DNA of 64,000 nucleotides from a virus. The DNA lies in IMG/VR virus record IMGVR_UViG_3300035670_000159, positions 7,182-71,181 of that record; one strand, given 5' to 3'. Made by a program: the position numbers and the translations under genes. Under the pieces are notes generated by a model that did not search any database, was not told where the DNA came from, and was given only the letters and a program-made list of their open reading frames with translations. Positions within the stretch are counted from its first letter, which is position 1, and every line of letters begins with the position of its first letter. This document shows positions 44,362 through 55,172 of the stretch, piece after piece.

Positions 44362-45900
44362 TTAAACGACTAAACCTTGAACTTCGATATCAAGCATTGA
44401 GTATGTGGGGTAACTGATAACAATGTTGAAATCTTTAAAAGCACCAAAGATAATTGAACCGTTGGAATACTCAGCAGCATCCGTTCCAATCCATGCTGTT
44501 GGTTCTGCTAATACACTTTGAAGTGTTTCGACAACCCTGTTATAATCTTTGTTCTCTACATAAACACTACAGCTCATGGTTTTACTGAAACCTCGCTTTA
44601 CAAAGGTTGTTACACCGAACTCATTAGTCTCCTTCTTGGAGTAGTCAATGATTCCAGTACGAATTCCATAAGCGGTTTTTCCAAGATTTTGCAATTTACC
44701 AAACAGCAGTTCTCCGATGCTTACTTTTAACGATGGTTCAATGACTTGTCCTGAAAACATATCCACTCCGTTATGAAGGCGTAGTGACACGGTACAACTG
44801 TAAACAGATAGAACAAAATACCTACTCAAGAACTCATAAATATCGTCCACTACGCCGGTATTGGCTAAAGAACCTGAGTAGGTATCTCCTTTTACTACTT
44901 TTGTAAATACTCCTGCGCTAGTTGATACAGACACAACTAGTTCAGCAACTTTTGCGGAGACTTCTACAATTGCAGCAGAGTCAAAGAATGTTCCGAAAGA
45001 ACCTGGGACTTCCTCTAGAAAATCTGTAGGGTCATCTATCTTTGTAGTGTAAGAAAAATAAGCACCTAAAGAACCTTGTTCAATAACAGATGTTGAGTTT
45101 TCTTTTCTGTCAATAAGAGCTACACTATTAATGCTTTGAACTTTAACCCAAGCAGTACTTGATACAGAGGGTGCGTTCCCTATATTACTGTCAGATGTAC
45201 TTGACCATCGGAAGAAATCCTTGGTGACAATATCCCCTGAAGAATACGTAACTGTCCCGTCCCACGCAGAGTACGGCTCCGTAAAAGTTGACCAAATCAG
45301 TCCACTAGAAGTTACTTCATCTGCTGCACGTACTGCTGGGCTAGAGGTTGTAGGTATCCAAGATGTAGGTCTTGTCATACGAGTCAATACAACTTCGTCA
45401 GTCTCTGCACCTGACCCTATAGTGAAGATGGGAACACCTTCAAGATTCGCGGCATACACTTGTCCAGTGACTACAACATCCAAAATACTTGCTCGGGTAG
45501 GGAAGGTTTTATAGGCGGGCTTGCCGTCTGTATTATTCCTTCCAGTTAATGAGTAAGAAAACCCCCCGCCTGTTACCGTTACACTTCCTGTTCCATAGAA
45601 AGACAGTGTAAGATAAGCAGGCCCGCCGTCAATCGCAACAGTCTGAGATAGTACGTTTATCGGCGTGCCACTCCCAGGGGTAAGATTACTTGCAGTATTT
45701 CGTAAGTAGTTCACCCTAGACGGTTCAATCAACACGCCATTTAAAGTAGACATTCCCGACGAGTCCATGAAGTAATCAAAACGAAGTTCATTAGAACCTA
45801 CTATTTTAAAAATACCATCAGTCCCTCTAGTGCTTGCAATTGAAGCTCTTGAGTAAGTAATTGGATTTAAATTGAGCGGTTGCGGTAAAATAATATCCAT
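44362..45900 (-). CDS. tail tip/distal tail protein with inserted accessory domains
   Basis: immediately follows tape measure; C-terminal GIIDYSKKETNEFG...KRGFSK. Confidence 0.65.
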   Translation of the reverse strand: MDIILPQPLNLNPITYSRASIASTRGTDGIFKIVGSNELRFDYFMDSSGMSTLNGVLIEPSRVNYLRNTASNLTPGSGTPINVLSQTVAIDGGPAYLTLSFYGTGSVTVTGGGFSYSLTGRNNTDGKPAYKTFPTRASILDVVVTGQVYAANLEGVPIFTIGSGAETDEVVLTRMTRPTSWIPTTSSPAVRAADEVTSSGLIWSTFTEPYSAWDGTVTYSSGDIVTKDFFRWSSTSDSNIGNAPSVSSTAWVKVQSINSVALIDRKENSTSVIEQGSLGAYFSYTTKIDDPTDFLEEVPGSFGTFFDSAAIVEVSAKVAELVVSVSTSAGVFTKVVKGDTYSGSLANTGVVDDIYEFLSRYFVLSVYSCTVSLRLHNGVDMFSGQVIEPSLKVSIGELLFGKLQNLGKTAYGIRTGIIDYSKKETNEFGVTTFVKRGFSKTMSCSVYVENKDYNRVVETLQSVLAEPTAWIGTDAAEYSNGSIIFGAFKDFNIVISYPTYSMLDIEVQGLVV

Positions 45901-45903
45901 AAG

Positions 45904-48900
45904 TTATCCTTCATTTCTTGTAGCAAGTGCATCTCCTTCTGGCGTTACACGTTCTAAAATTTTCGCTGTCTTAGCATTATGTGCAACATCAGCACGGACT
46001 TCAGCGCGGAGCATCGTCAGTTCAGTAACCACAGCACTCAGAAGGTCAGCAAGACCTGAAGAACCTGCTGCATTAGCAGAAGATACCGACGAGACTACAG
46101 GTGCGCTTAATGCCGGAGTACCCATTAAGGAACTGGTTCCGCTGAAGGTTGCACCACTTGCTTTCGCGGTATTGTAGGATTGCTCTAGACTATTAGCCAG
46201 CACAGACCGCTGATAAGCATACTGCACTGCACTTGTAGCTGTGTTCTTGTAGTACTCATCAAGTAGTTTAGACGTGTCACCAAGAGAATTAAAGGCATTA
46301 GCGTCTCCACCACGAGCGAGAGTAGTTAACCTATCAAACTCAGCAATCAGTGCTTGAGGGCTGTTACCTGAAGTATCAGTATAACCACGTAAACGATTGA
46401 TTTCATCAACGATGGAAGAGCTAAGTTTTTCGACACTCTCAGCAGCATCTTCCAGCGCCTTGATCTGTGCGCGTAGGGCTGTGTTGTAGTCGTAGACTGC
46501 AATCTCAGCTTCTGTAAACCCTTGGGTATCTAATGCACGTTGTGCTGCATTAGCACCAGCGGTATCACCTTTAGCACGAAGCAGTTCAATCTCTAGGTTC
46601 GCGGTGTCTTCCTTGAGACTCTTCATTGTCTCGGAAAAAGTATTGAATAACTCATTCAGAGGATTCTGCAGAGCCATCAAGTTCTTGAACATCTCCCTAC
46701 CAGCTTCTGTAGTCAAGTCTTGACTTTCTACGATTTGCCTGAAAGCATCTCTAGTAGATGGAAGTTCAAGATTGTACTCACCGAAAGCCTTAGTCAACTG
46801 ACGAACCATCGTTTCTTGTTTTTCAGCTTCCGTATAGAAGTTCTGATAGTAAGACGAGGCACTAGCTGTAAATGTTTCAAGATTACCGAACAAGTCCACT
46901 AGCTTGCTAGCCATATCACCGCCGACAAGACTTGCGTCATACAAGGTGTAACCTAGAGTATCAAAAGCTGTGTTAACAGAAGACAAGCTACCTGCAAGTC
47001 TAGTAAGGGTGTCAATTGCTTTTTCGCCTTCTCTTGCAAAAGGACTAGCAGTATAAGAAACTTCTTCAACAACTCTTGTTATATTTTCAAAAGACGTTCC
47101 TTCTCCACTTCCTGATATCGACTCAATGACATCAGTTACTTCTTTGGTAGTTTTGCTCCATGTGCCTAAGATTTGCTCTGCCATTTCATTATTGGCAGTA
47201 GCAAGAGCTTCTTGAATCTTACCTTGAATTTCTTCTTCTTGGAGTCCTTGAAAACTGATCTTAAAAGTTGTACTGAAATCTTTTAGTTTATCTGTATTTA
47301 ATCCTAGAACAGTACCTAGTGTACCTACCTGAGTAATCATTTGCGTGAAAGCAGTGCCCAGCGTCTTAGCCAGGGCTGCATCCATTTCACTCGTCTTAGT
47401 CTTATCAGAACGGAACCACCCACCTTTGTAGAATTGGTAAGATTCTCCTGAGAAGCCGCCTTGAGTTCCAAACGTCCCTTGAATCCCGGAGTCTGCTAGT
47501 TTACGTCCAAACGCACGATTAACCACCCCCCCAATAACACCTGCAATTGGGCCTAAAAAGGCGCTGGAAACACCAGCCAACACGTTAACAGTATTCCCTC
47601 CTGTGGTGTAACCCCCAGAAATAGCAGAACTAATCCCATAGCCAGCCAGACCAGAACCAATCATCCCCGCCGCTGTTCCAATATTCTGACCCAACGATGT
47701 TAGTTGACCTCCTTCGGGAACGTAGGCAGAAGGATTGTTACCGACGATAGCAGTAGAGTTAGACAAGCCTAAAGATTGCCCAACAGAACTACCGGCAAAC
47801 TTAGAGAAAGCATTTGAAATTCCAGTTGCTATTCCTCCGTTTAATGCACTAAAGCCATTTGAAATAACGCCAAAAACATTCCCTCCTCCGTTAGACGTAC
47901 TACTACTACCAGAGGAACCAAACCCAAGAGCACCTGCAACAGTACCCATAATTGGATTAATGAAAGCGTCAATAGAAAGAGTGATTCTCTTGCGTAACTC
48001 GGTTTTTAGATAGTCCTTGATCTTACTAGAACCAGCCTTACCACCATCGAACAATGCAGCCGTAATACTTTCAGAGACGGTGGACTTAATCTTCTTGAAT
48101 TCGGCATCGTAATCTTCCGCAGCCTGTACAGCTACTTCGCGGTTGATTGCCTTTTCTTGTTCTGCTGCATCCTTACGGGCTTGAACTTGAGCATCAATCA
48201 AATACCGATAGTCGCTCTCTGGTAAACCCTTCTTTTTAGCCTTATCAATATCTGCTTCAATGTCTCGCAATTGCTTTGCAAGTTTGATACGAACGTCAGC
48301 AATCTTATTAGCACGATTGTACTCAGTAGAAAGAGCCTTCTGTTCTTCAGTCGTTTTACCGAGCAAAGAAATTCTATAATCCAAGGATTCATTTTCTTTG
48401 AGTGTCGCTGCTTGAGATGCAATACTATCTTCGTTGAACTTACGTGCAGCGGAATTAACATCCTCAAGAGCCTTCTCGTAATCTTTCCAAGCTGGAGTAG
48501 CCACGAAGATAGCACGAGTTAGTTCTTCGATTTCCTCCCTAGACTTACCTAGCAAGGCTGCGTCTTTCTCCATGTTAGCCATGTCAGTGTAATACTGCCG
48601 ACCAATACCGGAGGATTTACCTAGTAGTCTAAGCAGGCGCTCTTCAGCATCAGACTGTGCGTTTGTAAGTGCAATCTGTTGTTCTTTGCCTGCGTTAGCA
48701 GCCATTGTGCTAAGATATGCTTCTTGTTGAACTTTCGATAGTTTCAGAAATCGTGGATCGTTAACAGCTTCAAGAAGTTTTACTTGCGATGCTGTTAAAG
48801 ACTTGGTAGCATCTTCCGCTTTAATAGAGGAAGCAGTTGCTTCGCGCATTAGGGTTGCGAAGTAGTTTTCGGATGGGTCTTTTTTAGTTTTCTCTTCTCC

Positions 48901-51306
48901 GAGAATAATCTTCTTCCAACCTGCAAGAGCTTTATCGGCTTCAATCTGACTTACAGTTCCCGCAAGCACATCCTTTTGCATTTCAAGTTCTTTAGCCTTA
49001 TACTTATCAGTTTTACTGATACTTTTATCTAAGGCTTGATCATTTTCCTTACGCCACTTTGCGTACTGAGAATTTTGTTGTTTGCTTTGGTTGAAAGACT
49101 TTTGCTCTACACTAGTACGATTCAGGATTGCATCAACGTACTTCTTTTGCTCTTCAGCAGCAGAGGCTGCATCGGCTTTCATCATACGACCAATCTCAGC
49201 GGCACCGGAAAAATCACCTTGCATTACTGCTGCAATCTGAGCACCAATGCCACCGATTTCTTTACCCACTCCTTTAATCGTAAACCATACTTCAGAGATT
49301 ACAACAGCAACAGTTTCCCATACGGTACGCAATGCTCCGACAACAGCGTTAGACGTGGTAAGATCATAAATCTCTTGCTTTACGCTGCCAATAGCTGATT
49401 TGATATCGTTCCAAAGAACTTCAATAGGTGACCAATTATCTCGTACTTCGGCAGCTACCTGTGCGTTAGCAGAAGCAAGAGCAAGAGTAGCTACACGTGC
49501 AGCTTCAGTTTTATCTCCCTGTTGTTCAAGTGCATAGGCATAATCAAGCGTGGCTTTGTCAACAAGGCCGGTTTTCTGAGCAATTTCGGTGAGCGCTTTA
49601 GCGGGTTCTTCTTGTAGTTTAGCAAATTGCTTTGCTGTCTCTTCAATACTAATACCAGCCGTCTTTTCTAAGTCAATTGCAGATTTTGTAATAAGTTCAA
49701 GAGACTCTTTTCCGATGTTTCCTGCTTTTGCAATTTCGGTAATTGCAGCAACTGCTTTGAGTGTTCCTACCCCGAGAGAAGTCATTCCTTCTGCAGCAGC
49801 GATAGCCTCTGTTTTAGAGATGTCCAGAGCACCACCAGAAGTGGCAAGAGCATTGGTCAATTCAGCCTCTGCTTGAATAATCTTCTTGTATTCAAGGCCA
49901 AGCAGAATCATCCCCGCAATCATTGCAGCAATACCTGTAGCAGCAACAGCAGAGAACGTCTTACCTATTTTATCAAGAGATGCAATATATTTGAAATTAG
50001 CTTCACCACCAGAAACAATTGCTCGTTTAGCAATCTCCATTGCTGCCGTAATACCGGTTACATTTCCTACAAAACGGGTGACAGCACTTCCAGCAGACAT
50101 GAAAGATTCAAAAACAAGGCTAGTAAGCCCTTTTGCAACGGTAGCAATTGCCGGAATCATGCTGGCAAAAGCTTCCCTCATCGCCTTTCCTAAGTTGGCA
50201 GCTTCAATTCCAGAAAGATTGAAAAGGTCAACCATTTGACCCGATTGCTGCAACAAGACAGTGAGGGGAGCTTGACCAGAATAAAGTGAAACAGCAATAT
50301 CGGTAAACTGAGGTTGAAGTGCTCTAGCCAAGTGCTGTGCTCTGCGCTTTTCTTCTAGTCCTGCTACTTGTGTCAGTTGAGCTTTATATGTCGCCAACTT
50401 AGCTGTTGCTGCATCTTGAGAGATTCCAGATTTACGCAAAGCTGCTTCATACTTCACAAGCGAATCAGTCCCAGCCTTATCTAACGCAACATTTGACGTA
50501 TTCAGCGCAGCGGCCATCTTAGCTTCTGCTTGCGTTAGATAGTTTGTAGCAGAGACAACACCCTTGCGTTGCTTCTCAACTGCAGCCAGTGCAGAGGTGG
50601 CACGATTAACAGCATTAGCTTCTTCTACAAATCGTTGCTTATAAATAGCTTGTTCTTTAGTAATCTCTTGGTAGGATTTGCCTTGATGTTGTAATCTAAT
50701 ATTCAAACGATCCAAGTCATTGCTTAGTTCCTTGGCTTGTTTTGAAGTAAGATTCAAGCCATTGTTCAAGAAACCTTGAGCACTACTAGCTTCCTTCGCG
50801 GATTTAACCATACGGTCAAGTCCAGTTTCAGTTTGGTCAAAGGTGTTCTTACTAAACTGCCGAATGTCCGTCAGAACCTGTTTAAGTTGATCTGATAATT
50901 GACCAGTGGCCTTAGCCATTGCAAGAACTTTAGCATCACCCTTAGAGAAGCCTTCCAAAATGAAATCATAAGTATCATTTTGGAGTTGCAGCATATCTGC
51001 GTTTTTCTTAATCGCAGTAGAAGCACGTTCAGTGGCTTTAGTTTTTCTTTCAATTGCGGCCGCTGCTTGTTGGTCAGCTTTGTCTGCTGTAATAGTACTC
51101 TTCAGGCGGGTATCCTGAGCTTTAGCATTGTCAAGATTAGCCTTAGCCGAATCTTTGGCTGCACGTGCTAAAGTAGCTTCAGTTTGTGCAGCGGTTCTAG
51201 CTGCTTTATCGAGTTTTCCTACGTTGGTTACGAGTTCACCGATGGCCTTACCTGCACGGTCAAGCTCTGTGGTATCCACGGCAAATTTAATAGCTGACAA
51301 GTCCAT
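45904..51306 (-). CDS. tail tape measure protein
   Basis: 1800 aa, Ala-rich helical, PQFTDIAVSLYSGQAPLTVLLQQ motif, after tail chaperones. Confidence 0.93.
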   Translation of the reverse strand: MDLSAIKFAVDTTELDRAGKAIGELVTNVGKLDKAARTAAQTEATLARAAKDSAKANLDNAKAQDTRLKSTITADKADQQAAAAIERKTKATERASTAIKKNADMLQLQNDTYDFILEGFSKGDAKVLAMAKATGQLSDQLKQVLTDIRQFSKNTFDQTETGLDRMVKSAKEASSAQGFLNNGLNLTSKQAKELSNDLDRLNIRLQHQGKSYQEITKEQAIYKQRFVEEANAVNRATSALAAVEKQRKGVVSATNYLTQAEAKMAAALNTSNVALDKAGTDSLVKYEAALRKSGISQDAATAKLATYKAQLTQVAGLEEKRRAQHLARALQPQFTDIAVSLYSGQAPLTVLLQQSGQMVDLFNLSGIEAANLGKAMREAFASMIPAIATVAKGLTSLVFESFMSAGSAVTRFVGNVTGITAAMEIAKRAIVSGGEANFKYIASLDKIGKTFSAVAATGIAAMIAGMILLGLEYKKIIQAEAELTNALATSGGALDISKTEAIAAAEGMTSLGVGTLKAVAAITEIAKAGNIGKESLELITKSAIDLEKTAGISIEETAKQFAKLQEEPAKALTEIAQKTGLVDKATLDYAYALEQQGDKTEAARVATLALASANAQVAAEVRDNWSPIEVLWNDIKSAIGSVKQEIYDLTTSNAVVGALRTVWETVAVVISEVWFTIKGVGKEIGGIGAQIAAVMQGDFSGAAEIGRMMKADAASAAEEQKKYVDAILNRTSVEQKSFNQSKQQNSQYAKWRKENDQALDKSISKTDKYKAKELEMQKDVLAGTVSQIEADKALAGWKKIILGEEKTKKDPSENYFATLMREATASSIKAEDATKSLTASQVKLLEAVNDPRFLKLSKVQQEAYLSTMAANAGKEQQIALTNAQSDAEERLLRLLGKSSGIGRQYYTDMANMEKDAALLGKSREEIEELTRAIFVATPAWKDYEKALEDVNSAARKFNEDSIASQAATLKENESLDYRISLLGKTTEEQKALSTEYNRANKIADVRIKLAKQLRDIEADIDKAKKKGLPESDYRYLIDAQVQARKDAAEQEKAINREVAVQAAEDYDAEFKKIKSTVSESITAALFDGGKAGSSKIKDYLKTELRKRITLSIDAFINPIMGTVAGALGFGSSGSSSTSNGGGNVFGVISNGFSALNGGIATGISNAFSKFAGSSVGQSLGLSNSTAIVGNNPSAYVPEGGQLTSLGQNIGTAAGMIGSGLAGYGISSAISGGYTTGGNTVNVLAGVSSAFLGPIAGVIGGVVNRAFGRKLADSGIQGTFGTQGGFSGESYQFYKGGWFRSDKTKTSEMDAALAKTLGTAFTQMITQVGTLGTVLGLNTDKLKDFSTTFKISFQGLQEEEIQGKIQEALATANNEMAEQILGTWSKTTKEVTDVIESISGSGEGTSFENITRVVEEVSYTASPFAREGEKAIDTLTRLAGSLSSVNTAFDTLGYTLYDASLVGGDMASKLVDLFGNLETFTASASSYYQNFYTEAEKQETMVRQLTKAFGEYNLELPSTRDAFRQIVESQDLTTEAGREMFKNLMALQNPLNELFNTFSETMKSLKEDTANLEIELLRAKGDTAGANAAQRALDTQGFTEAEIAVYDYNTALRAQIKALEDAAESVEKLSSSIVDEINRLRGYTDTSGNSPQALIAEFDRLTTLARGGDANAFNSLGDTSKLLDEYYKNTATSAVQYAYQRSVLANSLEQSYNTAKASGATFSGTSSLMGTPALSAPVVSSVSSANAAGSSGLADLLSAVVTELTMLRAEVRADVAHNAKTAKILERVTPEGDALATRNEG

Positions 51307-51393
51307 TTTTCTTTTCCTTATTTATCAGTCACTCTTTTTGAATGAATCTTCTGTAAAAATTCAATTAAAAAGAAGGCCCCGAAGGGCCAGTCT

Positions 51394-51795
51394 TTACTTC
51401 TTTTTGTTTTGCTGAATAGTCTTTTGACGTTCTTTTTCTTGCTGCTTCTGATAATGCTTTATAGCTACGCTATCAAACATTTCAATTATCTCTATCTCAT
51501 AAGGCTCTGGCTCAATGCCTAGAAGGTCAAAGAAAGATCGCATCTCAGAGTAGGGTATAGCAGAAACCCCCATACCTGAAGGTCTACGATTAGAAAGCCT
51601 CGTAAACCAATGCCAATATTCGGCCATGCAATCAGGCAGTTCTACGAGTTCTTCTAGCTCTTTAGGAGTTCTCTTTAGTTGCCTCTGTACATTCAAGAGG
51701 TTTTCTTTGAGGGTTCTCCCATCGGCCTGAATCTCCGACATTTGGAACTGCTGTTCAGCATAAAGTAAAGCTTGATCTAAATCTTCAAGAAGGAA
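51394..51795 (-). CDS. tail assembly chaperone, GT-type C-terminal part (frameshift product)
   Basis: WHWFTRLSNRR...IPYSE...EIEII..FD; frame open back to 51795, overlapping end of G. Confidence 0.75.
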   Translation of the reverse strand, partial: FLLEDLDQALLYAEQQFQMSEIQADGRTLKENLLNVQRQLKRTPKELEELVELPDCMAEYWHWFTRLSNRRPSGMGVSAIPYSEMRSFFDLLGIEPEPYEIEIIEMFDSVAIKHYQKQQEKERQKTIQQNKKK

Positions 51796-52192
51796 AGTTC
51801 TCGGATTCCTTACTGACCTCCATTACCTGATCACGAATCCATTCATACTCCTCAAACAGCTCAGCAGCCTTTTCAACACTGAAGGGAAGATCAACTCCGT
51901 CCTTCTTGATGTTTCGCCAGCTAATCACCCGCATCGCTGCCGCTTCATTCAGGTCTTCAATATAATCCTCAACCAAACGAACCTTAGTGTCTTTGTTACC
52001 CCGCTTGGCATTGATAGCTTCTGCTTTGAGTTGTTGGTTGATTTGCTTACGTTGATATTCAACCACCACCTTAGAGCGTTCACCACGAACAGTAATAAAG
52101 CCGTCAAGCCCTTCTCCCGTATCAGGGTGGGTTACTTCAAATTCAAAACCGTTTTCAGCCGCTTGTGCGAGATTGTACTTAGAGATATCCAT
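51785..52192 (-). CDS. tail assembly chaperone G
   Basis: HPDTGE...VISWRNI...WIRDQV...ENF; GAAAGGA RBS. Confidence 0.8.
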   Translation of the reverse strand: MDISKYNLAQAAENGFEFEVTHPDTGEGLDGFITVRGERSKVVVEYQRKQINQQLKAEAINAKRGNKDTKVRLVEDYIEDLNEAAAMRVISWRNIKKDGVDLPFSVEKAAELFEEYEWIRDQVMEVSKESENFPS

Positions 52193-52287
52193 GTTATAAT
52201 TTCCTTTCTTAGTTGTAAACAAACAAAAGCCCTCGGCTTGAAAGCGAAGGGCTTAGGTGAATAGCCTTTATTGCTAACTCAGTACCT

Positions 52288-52316
52288 ATTATAGCACACA
52301 ATCTGTGATTTTACAA
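52288..52316 (-). promoter_or_regulatory. sigma70-type promoter downstream of the GIY-YIG gene
   Basis: TTGTAA-17-TATAAT with TG extension. Confidence 0.7.
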
Positions 52317-52321
52317 GAGAA

Positions 52322-53818
52322 TTATTCAGGTTGTTGTGGAGAAAGCGACCAGCCTTTATGCTTTTTCTTGGCCTTTTTGCAGAAGAGTATCCTGCACGTA
52401 ATATTGTACGCAATTTCAAATTCCCTTCGAGTACCAACGAACACATCCCCGGACTCGTGGACGAACTTATACTCAGTCTTATCTTGTCCCCTTCTGAAAG
52501 CAACGTCCGCGTTTCTTTCCAAAGCCCACCCTTTAGTTTGCAGAAAACTTTTACAAGCAAACAGAGGCTTTACACAAATTCCAATTTCTTCTTTCATTTG
52601 TTTGCGTGTTCCTGTAAATTTCACTCCTGTGGAGTGCACAAATGTATAGATATTTAAATCAGAAGGTGAAATTGCTTTGGCTGCATCAAAATTATCTTTA
52701 AGGCACCAATAATTAGCGCTCAAATAATTTCTTTCTGAGAAGAGTTGATTAACGTTTATACCGAACTTCTTTTTAAACTCCGACCGTGTTCCTATAAACT
52801 CTTCTTCAGTTATTAAGTTTTTAAAAGCATATTTCACCGTGTCGGCATTTACGTTTAGGTCGCCAGCTTGCGGGTTCCTTAACAAGTCGATGCCAACCTC
52901 ATCTACTACAGCACTTAACGCCCAATTGCGACAAGTCTTATTCCCACTAAAGAGAGGTTTTAATGTGAATCCGTATTTTGTTTCAAACTCAACTCTTTTT
53001 CCTGTGAAAATTTCACAAGTTTCGATGTTTGTGAAAGAATACACCTCATTGTCCAGATTTGATGCGTTTATCCCTTTCTGGTCAAGTCGTATATCTCCTG
53101 AAACAAACCTGTCAGTCAGTGCCCATCCCATTGAAACATTGCACTCTTTTCGCACAAGCGACCCGGCATCACAACCTATTTTATCACTCAACTCACTTCG
53201 TAATCCAACAAAAACTTCCAGTGTATTTACATTTGTGATTGAATATTTAGTTTTATCAGATACAGGATTATAAATGCCCTTGTAGTTGTTTATTTTAGCC
53301 TGCATTGAAAACTCCGTTTGGTTTTCAATTACAACCCAGTCATAACTACTACCATTGGAAGTGCAAATCGTATTAACTAATACTTCAGGATGAATCTGTC
53401 GAAATTGGTACCTTGTTGCTGAGACTTCCTCTCCAGTCTTCAAGTTTTTAAAAGTCCAAACTGTTTTGTCTTTATTAGGTGCGTCCTCTCTTTGCATAAT
53501 TTTCCTACGAAAATCTATGAACTCCTGAGACGGAACCCACCCTCCTGTCCCCTCACCACCGTCTGAGAGATTTACAAGAGTACCCAGACCGAGTTGACGC
53601 CTACCGTAATATGCAATCAAATCTCTTTCCAACTCAAAAGCGTACCACTCCTGCAAATTATTCGAGTGGATTTCAACGTCATATCCGTGTTTATTGACTA
53701 CCTTCTTCCAAAACTCATTTCGTCCTTCTTTCTTCCACGCCCTATCCCCGCTACCTTTGCCTACATAAAATACTTCCCCGTTCGTTTTCTTTTTGTGCAA
53801 ATAAACGTAAAAATCCAA
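52322..53818 (-). CDS. GIY-YIG homing endonuclease with six tandem C-terminal repeats
   Basis: FYVYLH...FYVGKG...RA...ELE...LVN; AAGGAG RBS before TTG at 53818. Confidence 0.88.
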   Translation of the reverse strand: MDFYVYLHKKKTNGEVFYVGKGSGDRAWKKEGRNEFWKKVVNKHGYDVEIHSNNLQEWYAFELERDLIAYYGRRQLGLGTLVNLSDGGEGTGGWVPSQEFIDFRRKIMQREDAPNKDKTVWTFKNLKTGEEVSATRYQFRQIHPEVLVNTICTSNGSSYDWVVIENQTEFSMQAKINNYKGIYNPVSDKTKYSITNVNTLEVFVGLRSELSDKIGCDAGSLVRKECNVSMGWALTDRFVSGDIRLDQKGINASNLDNEVYSFTNIETCEIFTGKRVEFETKYGFTLKPLFSGNKTCRNWALSAVVDEVGIDLLRNPQAGDLNVNADTVKYAFKNLITEEEFIGTRSEFKKKFGINVNQLFSERNYLSANYWCLKDNFDAAKAISPSDLNIYTFVHSTGVKFTGTRKQMKEEIGICVKPLFACKSFLQTKGWALERNADVAFRRGQDKTEYKFVHESGDVFVGTRREFEIAYNITCRILFCKKAKKKHKGWSLSPQQPE

Positions 53819-53894
53819 AACAAAACTCCTTTCAGAAATGAAAAATCCCCCTGAGCCGTTAAGCAATAGGGGGATTATAGCACAATTTTAGAGT

Positions 53895-55106
53895 TTACAC
53901 AATAGTCGTATCTTGGATGAGGACTGTACTTGGTACAAGACCTGAAGTTGTAACACTGTTCTGAAGAGCTTGAAAGTCCATGGACTGCACCAACCCGAGT
54001 TCCGCGTCGGTTTTGCTCGCTGAGTTGACCAAAACTTTTGGAAGCGCGAAGGAGAGTACGTCTGCATCTTTTTCTTCTCCGGTAGTCAGTGCAACAACAA
54101 CGCTGATGTGTGCTTCGTCGTCAAAGTAATCACGGAAAGCGTTATCGGTGAAGTAAACGCTCATATTCCCTGTTGCATTAATTCGACCGACAAAAATATC
54201 AGCATTAAGGTTAGAACCAACAACAGTAGCCATTTCCTGATTACGTTCAATGTTCAAAGACATTGATGTAATGAGCGCGGCAGGTGTTCCGTTAATTACA
54301 ACGGCACCCGACACCGATGCCATTACCGGATCGGTAGTAATACTTGCGGGGCTTGTAAAATACTGACTTGTACCAGTCTGTGCAAGGTCGCGCCCCATGA
54401 AGGAAAAACTTGCATTAACTAGGCCCGTACTCGGCAAATCCAAACTCATGCTAGATGGTTTCAGGCCAACTGCTAATTCCGACTGTGAAATGTCGGCATA
54501 CCAAGATTCTACCGTAAAACTCTGGTCTGTATGCCCAGTAGAGGGTACATATGTCTGTTGCCCCACGATAGCCATCCCGGCGCTGGCGATAGGCCCTTCG
54601 GCTACAAGAGGGGTGGCAGACAACTGCACTACTGTAGCCACAAGAGCAGTCAAACCTACCACGAGTAGATTATTACCTACGTTGGCAGGTGCAAAACCAG
54701 CGCCAGACAAGCGAACAACGTTACCCACATAAAAACCATCAGCCAACCAGCTACCAGCAGCACGAGTGATGGTATAGAAAGAACCGGAAGCGGCGACTGT
54801 AAGAGAAGCCCCGGTTGTAGAACCACCAGCAGTAAAATCACGGGCTAGAATTGCCTCCATGAACTCAGAATAAGTACCGGGAGAGAGTTCAGCAGACAAA
54901 GAACCCTCTACGCTGCGTACCCCGTGTCGCATTGTTACAGTTTGAAACGAAGGATTGATTTCCTCGGACTGATAGCTTTCCTTAACAAGATTAAAATCAG
55001 CAGTAACCCGACGAAGTTGTTGACCACCAGTATTACCGGCAGGAACACCCCACGAAGTTTCACGTTTGAAGGACAGAACCTTCGATACACCACGAGCAAT
55101 TGGCAT
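53895..55106 (-). CDS. major tail tube protein
   Basis: KRETSWG...LRRVT...SEEI N-terminus; position between terminator and chaperones. Confidence 0.88.
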   Translation of the reverse strand: MPIARGVSKVLSFKRETSWGVPAGNTGGQQLRRVTADFNLVKESYQSEEINPSFQTVTMRHGVRSVEGSLSAELSPGTYSEFMEAILARDFTAGGSTTGASLTVAASGSFYTITRAAGSWLADGFYVGNVVRLSGAGFAPANVGNNLLVVGLTALVATVVQLSATPLVAEGPIASAGMAIVGQQTYVPSTGHTDQSFTVESWYADISQSELAVGLKPSSMSLDLPSTGLVNASFSFMGRDLAQTGTSQYFTSPASITTDPVMASVSGAVVINGTPAALITSMSLNIERNQEMATVVGSNLNADIFVGRINATGNMSVYFTDNAFRDYFDDEAHISVVVALTTGEEKDADVLSFALPKVLVNSASKTDAELGLVQSMDFQALQNSVTTSGLVPSTVLIQDTTIV

Positions 55107-55172
55107 AGTATTTCCTTATTTATTATTAATTTGCAAATTAATTATTATTGTTTACGCCCGGTGGCGCGCTTA

